A stretch of DNA of 41,970 nt from Chrysochromulina tobinii. Taxonomy: Eukaryota. The notes beneath the pieces are model-generated. The model searched no databases and had not been told where the DNA came from. It worked only from the letters and a program-made list of their open reading frames with translations. The stretch is from positions 1-41,970 of the forward strand of contig JWZX01003156.1 of assembly GCA_001275005.1 (NCBI GenBank), in the 5' to 3' direction. Each line of letters opens with the position of its first letter. Position 1 is the first letter of the stretch. Position numbers and translations under genes: made by a program. Below are positions 9,244-20,291 of the stretch, one piece after another.

Positions 9244-11213
9244 AGTGGGCGCCCGATCGCAGGCAGCTTGGGCTCGGGGTTTGGGTGTGGTCTGGGACGC
9301 AGCACGAACGGCTCCCTCTCGAAGGCACCAAGCTGCTTCATAAGCAGCAGCTCATCCAAGCTGTACGCGACCATCTCGCCGTCCTCGAGGCTGCGCCCCA
9401 GCACGTTCCCAAAGTGGATACGTAGCTGGCGCAGTGAAGTCAGTGCCGCGCACACGAGCGTGGCTCGCTCCTGCTCCGACCAAGCCACCTGGTCGGACAG
9501 GGCTGCCTCGAGCCGTTTCAGTTGATCCAGGCTGCTCTGCTGCGACTGTTCCTGGTTCAGCTGCATTTCCTTCTCAACGCGCAGCTCGGCGACGACGGCG
9601 TCGAGCTGCGCCTTTTCGCGCTCGAACTTGGCCCTTTCACGATCCGCGCCATTACGGAGGTGGACTGAGCTCGCCTCCCGATCCCTTAGCTGCTGCGCCA
9701 GCGACTTGTTCTCGTCCATCTGGAGGTCGAGCGCCGTTTTGAGCACCGGCACCTCGTCCGCGGCCGCGCGCAAGGCGTCAAGCACCTGGTTGAGTTGCTC
9801 GGGCAGTGTGAGATCTGCGGGCAGCTGCTGGGCAGGCACCTCGCGCGCGAGGATCTGCGCCACTCCCGCCTGCTCCGTCTGCAGCGAGAGCAACCGCCGT
9901 CGCGCCTGCTGCAGCTCCCCATAGTCCCCGCCCTCAGCGGCCACGGACTTGGAGACCTCGACAGAGTCAGCGTCGGCGTCGGCAACGTCGGCTGCTGCGG
10001 CTGCCGCGGCCGCAGCGGCTACTGCGGCTGCTGCTACTGCTGCTGCAGAGTGCATGGCAAGTGCATGGCAATCGGCCTCGGCCAACGCGAGCTCGCGCCC
10101 GAGAAGCCAGATCTCCCGCGAGCAGCGCTCGAGCTCTTGCTGGCTCTGCCGCCCCAGCTCGCTCCGGGCTCGCTCGAGTCGCACTCTCTCCTGCCGTTCC
10201 TGGGCCAGCTGCCCCAGTACGCTCTGCACGTCGGCGCCCTGCACGTCGGCATCCGCGGCTGGCGCCAACGCCCGCATCTCGAGCCGCGCCGCACCGGCAC
10301 GCGCCACGCCCACTACAGCTCGTGCGCGTGCAAGCTCCTCTTCTAGCCGCCGCATTTTGGCGTGCGCGCCGTCCAGTTCTGACTGCATACGGCCCAGCCG
10401 ACGATCTGCCATTGCGCACGCGGCCCACCCGTCGGCAGCGACCTCCATTAACCTCTCCTCGACGCCCTGCGCGTCCTCGCGCAGTCCAGCCACCACCTTC
10501 TCATGGGCCGTCCCCAGCTTCTGCAGCTCAGCCGTGAGCTCCACCACGCCCGCACTACCGGCGCCGTGGTCCTCGGCAGGTTGACGCAGCTCTCTGATGC
10601 CTGTGTCCTTGCTCAGATCGGCACGTTCACGCAGCTCTCCGATGAGTGCGTCCTTTTCCGCGAGCAGCGCCGCCTGGGCAGAGCACTTTTCGTCCGCCTT
10701 GCTCAGCTTGGCCGACACGACGACGAGCTGCCGCTGGAACTCGGCATGCATCTTGCGCATCCTCTCCTCAGGGTCGCCATTGCCAGTGACCGGATCGCCA
10801 GTGCTGAGAAGCCGGTGCTCATGAAGAAGCTGGTGCTCGTGAAGCAAAGCGTCCTGCACGGCCAAGACATTGTTCACGGCCACCATTGACGCCTTGCGCG
10901 ACGTCTCGAGGGCCATCTCATGCTTAGCCTTCTGCACTTTGAGTGCCCTCCGGTGCTCGCTTAAGATGGCATCGTCCAGGTCCTCAACGTCCTGGGTGAG
11001 CACTTGTCGGATGTGCTCGAGGCTCGAACGCATTGCCTCAAGGACCTCCCTGCCGCTACCATCGGGGTTCACTGGGAACCTTTCGACAAGCTGTTGCATT
11101 TGTGTGCGAATGATCTCTGCCATACCTGCTTGAAACTTGGCCAGGTGCTTGCTACAGTCACCGCCATCCATTGTAGCCGTGACCACCTTCCTCAGATCTA
11201 CCTTGAGCGACAT
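8661..11213 (-). CDS. Uncharacterised long coiled-coil protein with poly-Ala tract and C-terminal poly-Pro region (850 aa)
   Basis: Uninterrupted 2.55-kb ORF with E/L/R/Q/A heptad-like composition; no catalytic motif recognised. Confidence 0.75.
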
Positions 11214-11689
11214 CGTGCGAAATCAAAAGCCTTAAAACGCTATTCCTCGATATTCCACGGTGCTCAAGAAGCACGGGGACGGCTTCGCGCGCTTGCTCGA
11301 TGCGCACACCGAGGATAACGAGTGCCTCGTCGTGAACACGTACCCCGTGGAGTGCGATGTCGCGGAGGCGATCGATCGCCACATCCATGTTCGATTCCTA
11401 AAGAGTCAAGTCAAGTGCAGAAAAGGTCAAGTCTTTTCTCCCAGGTGGGTTAGGCCGGCGGTGTTCATGTATGTGTCGCCGGCTTGAGTGCGTTGAGGGT
11501 CTCTCAACGTCAAGTCAGAAGTCACTCAACTCAAAAACTCAGTGAGAGCTTAAGGTCTACTTTTACTACTTGAGCTATGGCTTTGCTGGATGTCAGTCAA
11601 TACGAAAGAAGATAGGCACGCACTGCGTGAAAGAGGAACCGGTAATCACAGCCGTGTCTTCATGTTTCGGGTTTTCTCGTCGACGCCAC

Positions 11690-13543
11690 ATGGAGCCGAC
11701 ATCGACATGCGACTTGGCCAAGCTCGCCTCGGCTGGCGTGGCCAGCAAAGCGCATGCCGCGTGCTGCTCCCACTTTCTCCTCGATGGCACTTGTGCTTCG
11801 CAGTTTCCTGTCCTCGTCAACGGCACTGGACATACGGATGACCTCTCGCGCTGGTGCTTCAGCACCGCGCGAGATCGCCTGAACAGGGAGACCGTCAAGT
11901 GGCTCTCGGGAATCCGCGATGCTCCCAACCGACCTTATCGACCTGAGAGGTCAGCGAGCAAGCGGCACTTCCGGCTGACTAGCCAGCACAAATGGTTCAA
12001 GGAATGGCAAGGCTGCTTTGGATGCTCCCGCGCCGGCGACGCGTCCACCTGCTGTAGTGGGCAAGGCAAATGCGTCATGGGCGTGTGTGCATGCCACGAC
12101 GGCAGTTTTGGTGTCGACTGCGCAACGCCGCATTCTGCTCCAGCGTCGGCAGCGACGAAGCGCTCATCGCTGGCCATCTACGTGTACCAGACGCTTCCCA
12201 TCGACCTTGGTGCTCAATCCTTCGGGTTGCGTACGTGGCTGAGCGATCTGCGCGGAGGCTTCGAAGTCTACTCGACGGAGTGGCGGTTTCTGGACTATTT
12301 GCTGCGCGATACATCCGTGCGTACGATCGACCCAGAGCAGGCTGATCTCTACTTCGTACCCACCCTCGGCAGCCTCGGCCGCATGCCCGGCTCGGAGGGT
12401 AGACATCGCTGCACGCAGACAGCTCACATCGAGATGCTCGCGCACCATGTGCGCTCAACGTATCCGTATTGGGACCGCAGCGGTGGTCGAGACCATGTCT
12501 TCTTTCTCACGGGCGATCAAGGTGCCTGCGGTCTGGGTTCTACTGGAACCAATCCCATATTCATAACTGCGTGGGGACTGCTTGGCGTCCCGCGGAAGAT
12601 GGAAGCCTTCGAGCGCTTCCGTGACGACTTTGCCGATGCGGATGCCATCGAACGTGCAATTGCAGCAGGAGACTGGTGCCACGCACCTCACAAGGATGTG
12701 GTGGTGCCACCTTATGGGGACGTACAATTTGCTGATGCGACCGACCCGAACAGCCAGGAACCATTTGAGCTTACGCTGCTGCACGTAGGTGGGGTCTGGG
12801 GCGCCGGCAACCATGGCGCTCGCCGCATCTCCTTCTATTCCCAAGGGATGCGGCAACTCATGTACTTACGTTTCGGCGACCAGCGTGGCACCCCACATGG
12901 CTTTTGGTTCCAAAACCGTAGTATGCGCTCGGAGCTGTTAGCGCACAAGACGCGCCGATCCAAGTTTTGTTTTTCGCCGTCTGGCCATGGCTGGGGCATG
13001 CGCACGGGCAAGAATGCCGTCCTCGGATGCGTGCCACTGATCGCGCAGCCGTATGTCGTACAGCCATACGAGATGCTCTTACCTTATGAAAAGTACAGCC
13101 GCCGCATCGAGTTCGAGGACATTTGCCTTGAACGTGATCCCGAGAGTACGCGCTGCAAAGTGCATGCTCCAGAGGCAGGCGTGATGAAAATTGTGAACGC
13201 GAGCGACTTGGCCGTGCGTGAGATGCGCCGTGTGCTTGCAAGGGTGCGCCGCGCATTTGTGTGGCGCCTTGAAGGCGACGGGTTGTCTTACAACCATACC
13301 GTGCTGCATCTTTGCCAGCGTGCTCTAGAGCTGCGGGGCAGATTAAAAGCCGGACCTTCTGCCGACTGCGCCCATCTGGCCAGAGGCCTTCCAGAATCGA
13401 GTCCCACGCAACGCATGCCCAAGTGGTTTCCAATAACACTGGTGAATGCCACGCTCAGGCTGCAGGCGCGCCGGCGCCAAGCAATGTCCGAGCTTAGTCA
13501 GACGCGTAGGTGGCGTCGTGACGCAGAAGGTAAATTTGCATGA
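11690..13543 (+). CDS. Exostosin-family (GT47) glycosyltransferase with EGF-like domain
   Basis: EGF CSGQGKCVMGVCACHDGSFGVDC; IYVY; RTIDPEQADLYFVP; YPYWDRSGGRDHVFFLTGDQGAC; KDVVVP; SKFCFSPSGHGWGMR...LGCVP. First ATG at 11690; the ORF is open from 11570. Confidence 0.88.
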   Translation: MEPTSTCDLAKLASAGVASKAHAACCSHFLLDGTCASQFPVLVNGTGHTDDLSRWCFSTARDRLNRETVKWLSGIRDAPNRPYRPERSASKRHFRLTSQHKWFKEWQGCFGCSRAGDASTCCSGQGKCVMGVCACHDGSFGVDCATPHSAPASAATKRSSLAIYVYQTLPIDLGAQSFGLRTWLSDLRGGFEVYSTEWRFLDYLLRDTSVRTIDPEQADLYFVPTLGSLGRMPGSEGRHRCTQTAHIEMLAHHVRSTYPYWDRSGGRDHVFFLTGDQGACGLGSTGTNPIFITAWGLLGVPRKMEAFERFRDDFADADAIERAIAAGDWCHAPHKDVVVPPYGDVQFADATDPNSQEPFELTLLHVGGVWGAGNHGARRISFYSQGMRQLMYLRFGDQRGTPHGFWFQNRSMRSELLAHKTRRSKFCFSPSGHGWGMRTGKNAVLGCVPLIAQPYVVQPYEMLLPYEKYSRRIEFEDICLERDPESTRCKVHAPEAGVMKIVNASDLAVREMRRVLARVRRAFVWRLEGDGLSYNHTVLHLCQRALELRGRLKAGPSADCAHLARGLPESSPTQRMPKWFPITLVNATLRLQARRRQAMSELSQTRRWRRDAEGKFA

Positions 13544-13853
13544 GAGACGAGTAATCTGTATGTTGTAACGAACTGTGACCGGATATTCTCCGTCACGCGC
13601 CGTGATATCTAATACGCTGTACCATCGATTTACTGAAATCCCCCGTCTGGGTAATCTGAACCGAACGGTCAACGGATCTCGCTAGCGGGGGCTAGCGACA
13701 TCGCACACCAAACAGCATGCTATAAACACATAATACGCAGCAAAATAGCGCGCGCCGGCGCCGGGCAATCAACGCATAGCTACACGCTTTAAAATGCACA
13801 TGGTTCTGAGAACACACGTGGCCGGCCGGTCGCAGCACCCTTTCAACGTAGTA

Positions 13854-16800
13854 TCACAAAGCACGTAGGCCATTCATGAGCTCTGCGACCACCCGCTCAC
13901 GCTCGTCTTCGCGCTCAGAGAACCATTTCAGCCACTCGGCCTGGCCAGAGGGGGTAACTATCTCAGCAGCTTGGCGTCCCTTGGCCTTTGCTGACCGTTT
14001 CTTGCCTGAAGCTTTCGTGTCGGGTGCGAGTGAGACCTTAGGCATGCTTGCACTGGGTGCGACGAGGCGGGCTCCATCCGGCGAGTCATCGGGGGCCGTC
14101 TTCCCCCAAGTTGCTTCAATCCGTTCCCATCGCTCCTTTTCCTCTGCGGCTGTCTCCATCTCAGGTTCCTCCTCGTACTTTGACATGAGATGTTCAAGGC
14201 GCTTGTGAATCTTGTTGCATTGGGCAACACGTCCTTCTGGCTGCACCGGTGGGGCAGAGCCAGTGGCACGACCACTCGAGGACGCAACCGAGAGCACAGA
14301 TGTGCTTTCTGGTTCCGGGCCCGTCTCGTGCTCATCGATACGCATGGCCAAGCCATGGGCATCGATGACCTTCAGCGGTGAAGAGGACTTCCTTGCCATG
14401 CTAATTAGCATATCGACACCCCGACGCGTTGAGTAATTCACGAAGCCAAAGGTGTTTCCGCCCATGCCTCGGAGGTCTGGCCTAAAGAGTCCATGGCAAC
14501 CCGTCAGGTCGAGGAGCTCCATGGCGATGAGCTTGCGGAAGACCTTCTCGTCAGGCAGAGACTGCAATCGGCTGCAATCGGTGAGGATGAGCTTCTTGAG
14601 AGCGGTAAGCGATCCGAGCCAGAGAGGCAAAACCTCCAGCCACAAGCTACCTGCCAAGCAAAGAGTTTGAAGGCCACGGAGCGGTTGAAGATCGACTTGT
14701 TTGACTTCGGGCAGAAAGGTCAAAGGCACGTTCATGGTCAAGGACACGAGGCCTTCGGGCATATGAACGAGGATTTCCTGGCAGCCCTCAGGAGAGAGCT
14801 GCGTCTTTACAAAGGACTGGCGGTACCGTCGGATAAAAGACCCCCTTTGCGCGCCCAGCCACGCGCGAAAGGTGGGCCCGCCGCGGGCCAAAGCCGTGCG
14901 CATGAATCGCGGGAGTAGGCGACCAAAGAGGCGCGAGATGAACATGTTGTAAGAGTAATGCGCTTTCAAAGGGGGCTCATCGGGGGATCGGCCGGCGATC
15001 ATATTCAGGATGCGCTGCCGCTCCCCCTCATTGTTCGACTCGCCATGCTCAATCTTCATCTCGAAAGCAGCCTCGAATGTCGAAGACGGCACGTTCTGCT
15101 CACGCTCGTCCTTGTTGGAGTCGTCACGCTCGTCGCACGCAGCGAGGCCATCTGTGATACCTGCGGCGCCGCCGTGTGGAAGGCATGTGTACATGTCGTA
15201 CTTGAAATCATGCTCGTCCAAGTGATCTGCGTCGTCTGCAGCCGCAAATTCGAGGGCCACGCTCATCTCGTAGCAGCACCAGATTCGGCTGAAGGCGACA
15301 GCCTTGCGATCAATCACGCTGACCATCCCTTGTGCGAGCTCCAGCGCACGGTGAAAAGGAGTGTCCGAAGGGTCGAGTGCGAGATACTCAGACGATTTCC
15401 AGAGGCTCTGTGCAAACTGCAGACGCGGCACGTGGGGCGAAGTTAGAAATGACGGGTTGCAAATGCTGTGCACTCACGCGTGCACATGCGCGCGCGCAGC
15501 GCAGCGACGAGACGCGCCACTCACAGAGAGGAGCCAGTACGCCGAATTTTTGAGATCAAGCTGGCGGTCACGAGCGTGCTGCGTTAGACACGCTTGCACA
15601 TCACGCACGCTGTCGCCCCACCAGTGCGACACGACGTAGTCAGGCAGCTGCGCTGCACCGTTTGTGCTCATGAACTCAACAAGAGAGCATCCGTGTTGCA
15701 TCGTAGCTGGCCGGATGACGTAAGCGGCAGTGTCGTAAAATGTGATCGATTGCGGTCGAATCTTCTCGCTCGATTGCATGTGCCACTCCTCAGCAAAACA
15801 CCGACGATCCATGTGTCGAATGACGATCTGCAGTTGCTTCAGCAGGATTGCGCGCTCCTCTATCTTCTCGATCCTGATCGGAGCACCTCTGCCAAGCTTC
15901 CTCAGATCAGCAAAGTTTTCGCGCCTCGGGGCCTTAACGGGAGCAGTGATGGCCTCGAGCCGCAACGCACTCTGGAGCACGTCGGGCTGCTCAAGCGTGC
16001 ACTGAGAGACGCGGTCCATAGCATCGAACCATTCCTTGCGCGTGATGCGAGCATCTCCTTTGTCGCTGAGTTCCTTGATGAGCGCCTGGGCGAGCCAGTA
16101 GCTTGACCCTTGCGAGAGGAAGAAAGAGACCATCTCTTGCATCGACCACACGGTACCAACCAGATCTGCTTCCGTTGTGAACGCGGCCACGGGCGGCTGC
16201 TGTGTGGTGCCTGTGGCGCTCTGTAGCCGCGCTTGCCCGGGTTCCTGCTCGAATGAGCTTGCGTATCGCCGGAGCTGCTTCTCGAACTCGAGGATGTTGA
16301 GGGAACCTTCCGGGCCAGCGAGCTCCTCGAAGATGACTCGGATGTCGGAGGGTCGGAAGCTCACGAAGAGCTCGCCGCTCACACAGAGTTGAATGAGAGC
16401 GCCCGTTAGCTGATGGACGCTCAGTCCACCCTTGCTATCGATCTCCCACATCGACAGCGTGCTGTGCAGAGGCGTGGGTGAGCGTCGCACCACCTCCGAC
16501 ACGTGGCGCATTGCCTCTCGGAGCTGGATGGCAATGCCCTCGCCTCGACGCTCGACGGCGAGGCGCTGACGCGCCGGTCGGAAGCGCATCTCTGGAAGTG
16601 ACGTCGACGTGCTGAGCGCTCGCAAGGGTTTCTGCACGGGCGACGCTTGCGCAGAGAAGCGCAAATGAGGCTGCGTGGAGGCAGGCCCCGGCTGGGGGCT
16701 CGCACCCGTTGCAGCAGAGGTGAGCGGAGGAAGAGAGATGATGCGGGGCGACCTGTTCGGAGACCGGCTGTTTGGTGGCCCGTGAGGAAAGGCTGGCCGC

Positions 16801-17354
16801 GGCGGAGACTCGAGCGAGGACGGATGAAGGTCTGCTCGCTCTGCAAGTTTGGCGAGCCGCTCCTCCTCCACCTCCTTGGCGTTCAGCGTCGAGGCAAGGA
16901 TGTGGACGAACCCGTCACTGCCTAGATGACGTTCAGCTAGAGTCTCGATGGACATCGTCAAGTCTAAGGGTGAGCCTCCCGAGGCTGCGAGGTAGAGGTG
17001 GATGGTCACCGCCTGATTTGGAAGTGCACTTGCGTCTGGATCGCTCATGCTTGCAGCGAGGGCCTCGGTGAGTGCCGTTCGCATGGACTGCAGCGCAGTG
17101 GCCAGGGTCTGGTGGCGGTACTTGTTAAGGGTGTACAGTCCCGGCTCGAGTGCGCGTAGCCTTCCTGGACACTCATGAGCCACGCACACAATCGGCACGG
17201 AGTTTGGAGGCATTTTATCGGTCCGCTTTGCATTAGAAAGCCATTGCGTCCTCTCGTGCAGTGGCCAAAATGTTTCGACTGCGTCATGCCCCATGTGAGC
17301 TTCTGCATCGTCTAGCCTCAACGCTGGCGGCGCCTCGCCCGCGCTAGCTCGCAT
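13854..17354 (-). CDS. Two-exon protein of about 1130 aa: degenerate EF-hands, HET-like domain, LRRs (exons 17354-15525 and 15416-13854)
   Basis: A phase-0 intron at 15417-15524 joins ORFs 15474..17354 and 13854..15473 into YWLLS|FAQSLW. Motifs: VVSHWWG, YW, FSRIWCCYE; LRR LQTLCLAGSLWLEVLP..LGSLTALKKLILTDCSRLQSLP. Confidence 0.75.
15417..15524 (-). other. Spliceosomal intron, 108 nt
   Basis: Donor GTGAGT at 15524, branch-like CTAAC at 15446-15442, acceptor CTGCAG ending 15417; restores the reading frame. Confidence 0.85.
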
Positions 17355-17733
17355 GGCGGAAGCCTCGCCACACAGCGTTACAAGTGTGTCCTAGCATCTT
17401 TCCACCCCGTAGACGCAATTCGAGCATACCCAAATCCGCGAAGCACACCCAAACCCGGCTGAACCACTCGGGGCCCCAACCCCAAATCAGGGATTTGCAG
17501 ATCCAGAAACCATGGAGTGTCTCTAACAGCAAGGCACGACCAGCGAGGGTTGGTCAGGGAAGGAAAACTGGGAAAAGGAAGTCGTCCTCCCGCCTCCTCC
17601 CCACCGTCCCCACCCCACGGGCACGGCAACGTCCACTACAGGCTGGGGTCCACACGAGGAAACATGAAAGTAAGTCGTGTAAGATGAACAGATGTAAGTA
17701 AGAATAAAGAAAGTAATATACGCCGGTCGCCGC

Positions 17734-17753
17734 AGTAAGTAAGTAAGTAAGTA
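17734..17753. repeat. (AGTA)x5 microsatellite in an A-rich intergenic patch
   Basis: Read directly. Confidence 0.85.
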
Positions 17754-18139
17754 AACAACGCCAACAGGCAGCGCACACGTGGCGAGGGGGTCTCCCCCAG
17801 GCATACAAAGCGTGTACGGTATTCAACAACACTCTCGCCGCGTGCGCGGCCACAACGGTCACCTGTCGACGGGACCCGCCTCAACGCCTCAAGCGCGGGA
17901 GACGGAGAGGAGCTCGCCCGCTCACGCGAATGAGGAATGTGCAATGTCGGACGGTCGATCATGTCACCGACGCGTCCCACGCACATGTCACCATGTGCTG
18001 GAAGCGGTTCAAGGGCTGCGTGTTAGGGTCCACACTGTGACATGATTGATTGGTAAAAGACCGTTCTTTTCTCGTGGCCCTTTCTGCCCCTCTCGACTGC
18101 CCCTCACGCTGCCTATGCCGGTGGTTGCTGAGGCGCTTT

Positions 18140-19817
18140 TTACTGTGCGCGGCAGGGGCGGCGGCGAAGTACTGCAGACAATAAGCTGGTCGTCGAACCG
18201 GACAGAGCCGATGCCATCAGGACGTTGCGAGCGCCACGGAAGAGCCCGTGCCCATCTACTACGAGAGCATGAATGTAGACGGCGATCGATGCCAGCACGC
18301 CAGCAGCTAACACTTGTTGCGTGGGCGCATCCAGATGCACGGTGTCAGCGCCGTTCACGCGTTCGTGAACGTTCATATTATCCGTCTTCCACAGGTGCTC
18401 AGCACAGGCAATGGCGAACAGAGCGGCGCCGGCAGCGCGGGTGGCACCGGCTGTGTGCTCGGTAGCCTCACCGTTACAATGCAAGCCCCACTGCACGCAC
18501 GTGCCGGGCAGGGCGGCCATCGCCGCTGCGGCCGTCAGCATCCCAAGTGGCGGCAATCGGATCGCTGGCAGCAGCACAGACCAAACCTTTCGGGTCAGAC
18601 CCATCATGTGGGACGGCGACGCTTCCCCTGTCAGCCGCGTGGCTGCCGATGGCGTCGTCTCCGCACAGGACAGTTGGCGGATCAGCTCGGGCGTGAGGTT
18701 GTTCCAGTCGTCTAGAGTCAGGGTTGCGCCTGCCGCCCGTAGCGTAGCGTCGTCGAGCGTCGTGCGAAACGCGACGACAGCGTGGACGCCTGCCGCAACA
18801 GCGGCACGCACGCCGGTGCACGAGTCCTCGAAGACAATGCAATCGCGTGGCGCCATGCCGAGCACACGGGCGCCTTCGAGGTACGGGTCGGGCGCGGGCT
18901 TGGGGTTGGTGCATTCGGCGCCGACGATGATCTGCGGGTGCAGCACGGACGCAGCCGGCAGATGCTGACGCAGCGTCTCGATGCATACCTCGGCTGCGCC
19001 GCGAGGCGCGTTGGTTACCGCGATGCAGCGCACGCCCAGCTGCTTAACCACCTCGAGCGCCTCGGCCAGGCCAGCCACCAGCGGCAGCGAGCTCGACACC
19101 CGCTGCTTCATGAGCTCGCAGAACAGGGCATTCTTCCGGCGCGAGAGGTCGAGCACCTCCCTCGGGCGCGGCGCCTGGCATTGCTCCTTCGAAGACCTGC
19201 GCGTCCGTCTTGCCGTGCACATTCGCGCTATACCACTCGGGATCGACGGCAATGCCGAGCGGTACGAGCAGTTGCTTGAATGCTTCGTAGTAGATGTCGT
19301 CGGTCATCAACAGTGTTCCGTCGATGTCGAGAAGAAAGGCACGGGGTGTGGCAGCGGCGGTGACGGTGACGGCGGGCTGGACGACGAGAGGCGGCTTTTG
19401 GCTCGAGCGCCCTTTGGCTCGAGCGGTGGCCAGATCTCCAAGGCCAGCGGCGAGCCCCACAAAATGGATGCCCCGAGGCGGCGCTGTCGCTGCAAGGAGT
19501 GGCAGCGACTTGGAGAAGGCTCTCGGCCCACGCGCACCCACAAGGCTGAGTGCTGCGTGCGTCGCCAACCCACCCTGCATAAGCCCTCTCGCTGGTTGCT
19601 CGGGTGAGCGCGCCAGGCTGAAGGCAAGCCCCGATGCCGCCAGTGAGCCGGCCGCGGCCAATCGCAGGAGCACGAGCATGCCGCTGGGGCACGCACGCGC
19701 ACTGAGCAGCTCCACGATGAGCGGGATAGAGTCGTCCCTGCTCACGATGAACAGACTACGGAGAGCCGAAAAGAGGTAGCCAAACGAGAGAGCCGAGTAG
19801 AGACCCCGCATCCTCAT
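18140..19817 (-). CDS. HAD-superfamily (subfamily IA, Sgpp/CbbY-like) sugar phosphatase flanked by hydrophobic membrane segments; apparent +1 frameshift at 19159-19161
   Basis: Motif I AFLLDIDGTL, motif II AVTNAP, motif III ECTNPKPAPDPY, motif IV IVFEDSCTGVRAAVAAG. Removing one base gives APEEVLDLSRRK and joins ORFs 19044..19961 and 18140..19252. ATG at 19817. Confidence 0.82.
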
Positions 19818-20291
19818 ATTGCCACGTGGATACCGGTACCGTACCGGTAAAAAAAGACACCGGGGGAGCCGGGACACCGGTACCATTAAAAAGACACCGG
19901 GGTGCCGAAAGTGGTCGTTTTCGCGCGAACGCCACGACTCAAAAGTTAACCGGCCGTGCACTCAACGTGTTACTCAAGCAAGCTAATTAGTCGAAACAAC
20001 ACAAGTACCTAAACAAGCGCAGCAAGCTTGCTTGCTTGCTTCCTTTGTTACTCAACGTGTGATGAGACTGTCGGCAGAGCTTCATGTTGAGCTCAACCTG
20101 ATACCGGTACCCCAAATGGCCCTTCCCCAATTTTGGCTCTCGGCATCTCCCCCTGTGTCTGGTTCCATGATGGATACCGTCCTGTGACCTGGCAACTTCA
20201 CGTTGGGTTCACTGCCGTGTAGCTTTGGGCGTCACACGGCACTGTAACGTGGCTCATCAGTTGCGCGCACAGCAACGAAACCGTAAAATCA
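19818..20291. promoter_or_regulatory. Putative bidirectional promoter between the HAD phosphatase and FGGY kinase, rich in palindromes and repeats
   Basis: Lies between divergent ATGs. TACCGGTAC-C-GTACCGGTA inverted repeat (19831-19849), AAAAAGACACCGGGG twice, ACTCAACGTGT at 19960 and 20050, palindrome GTTGAGCTCAAC (20086-20097). Confidence 0.5.

Noticed and set aside
9110..9250. Poly-Pro followed by KKLKWH as a formin FH1-FH2 junction
   Set aside because: Only ~150 low-complexity residues follow, too short for and unlike an FH2 domain.
13679..13698. Inverted repeat TCGCTAGC-GGGG-GCTAGCGA between convergent genes
   Set aside because: 8-bp stem with no U-tract; bacterial-type terminators are not expected here, and chance occurrence is plausible.
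17425..17490. CCCAAA-like words as interstitial telomere repeats
   Set aside because: Scattered and irregular, not a tandem array.
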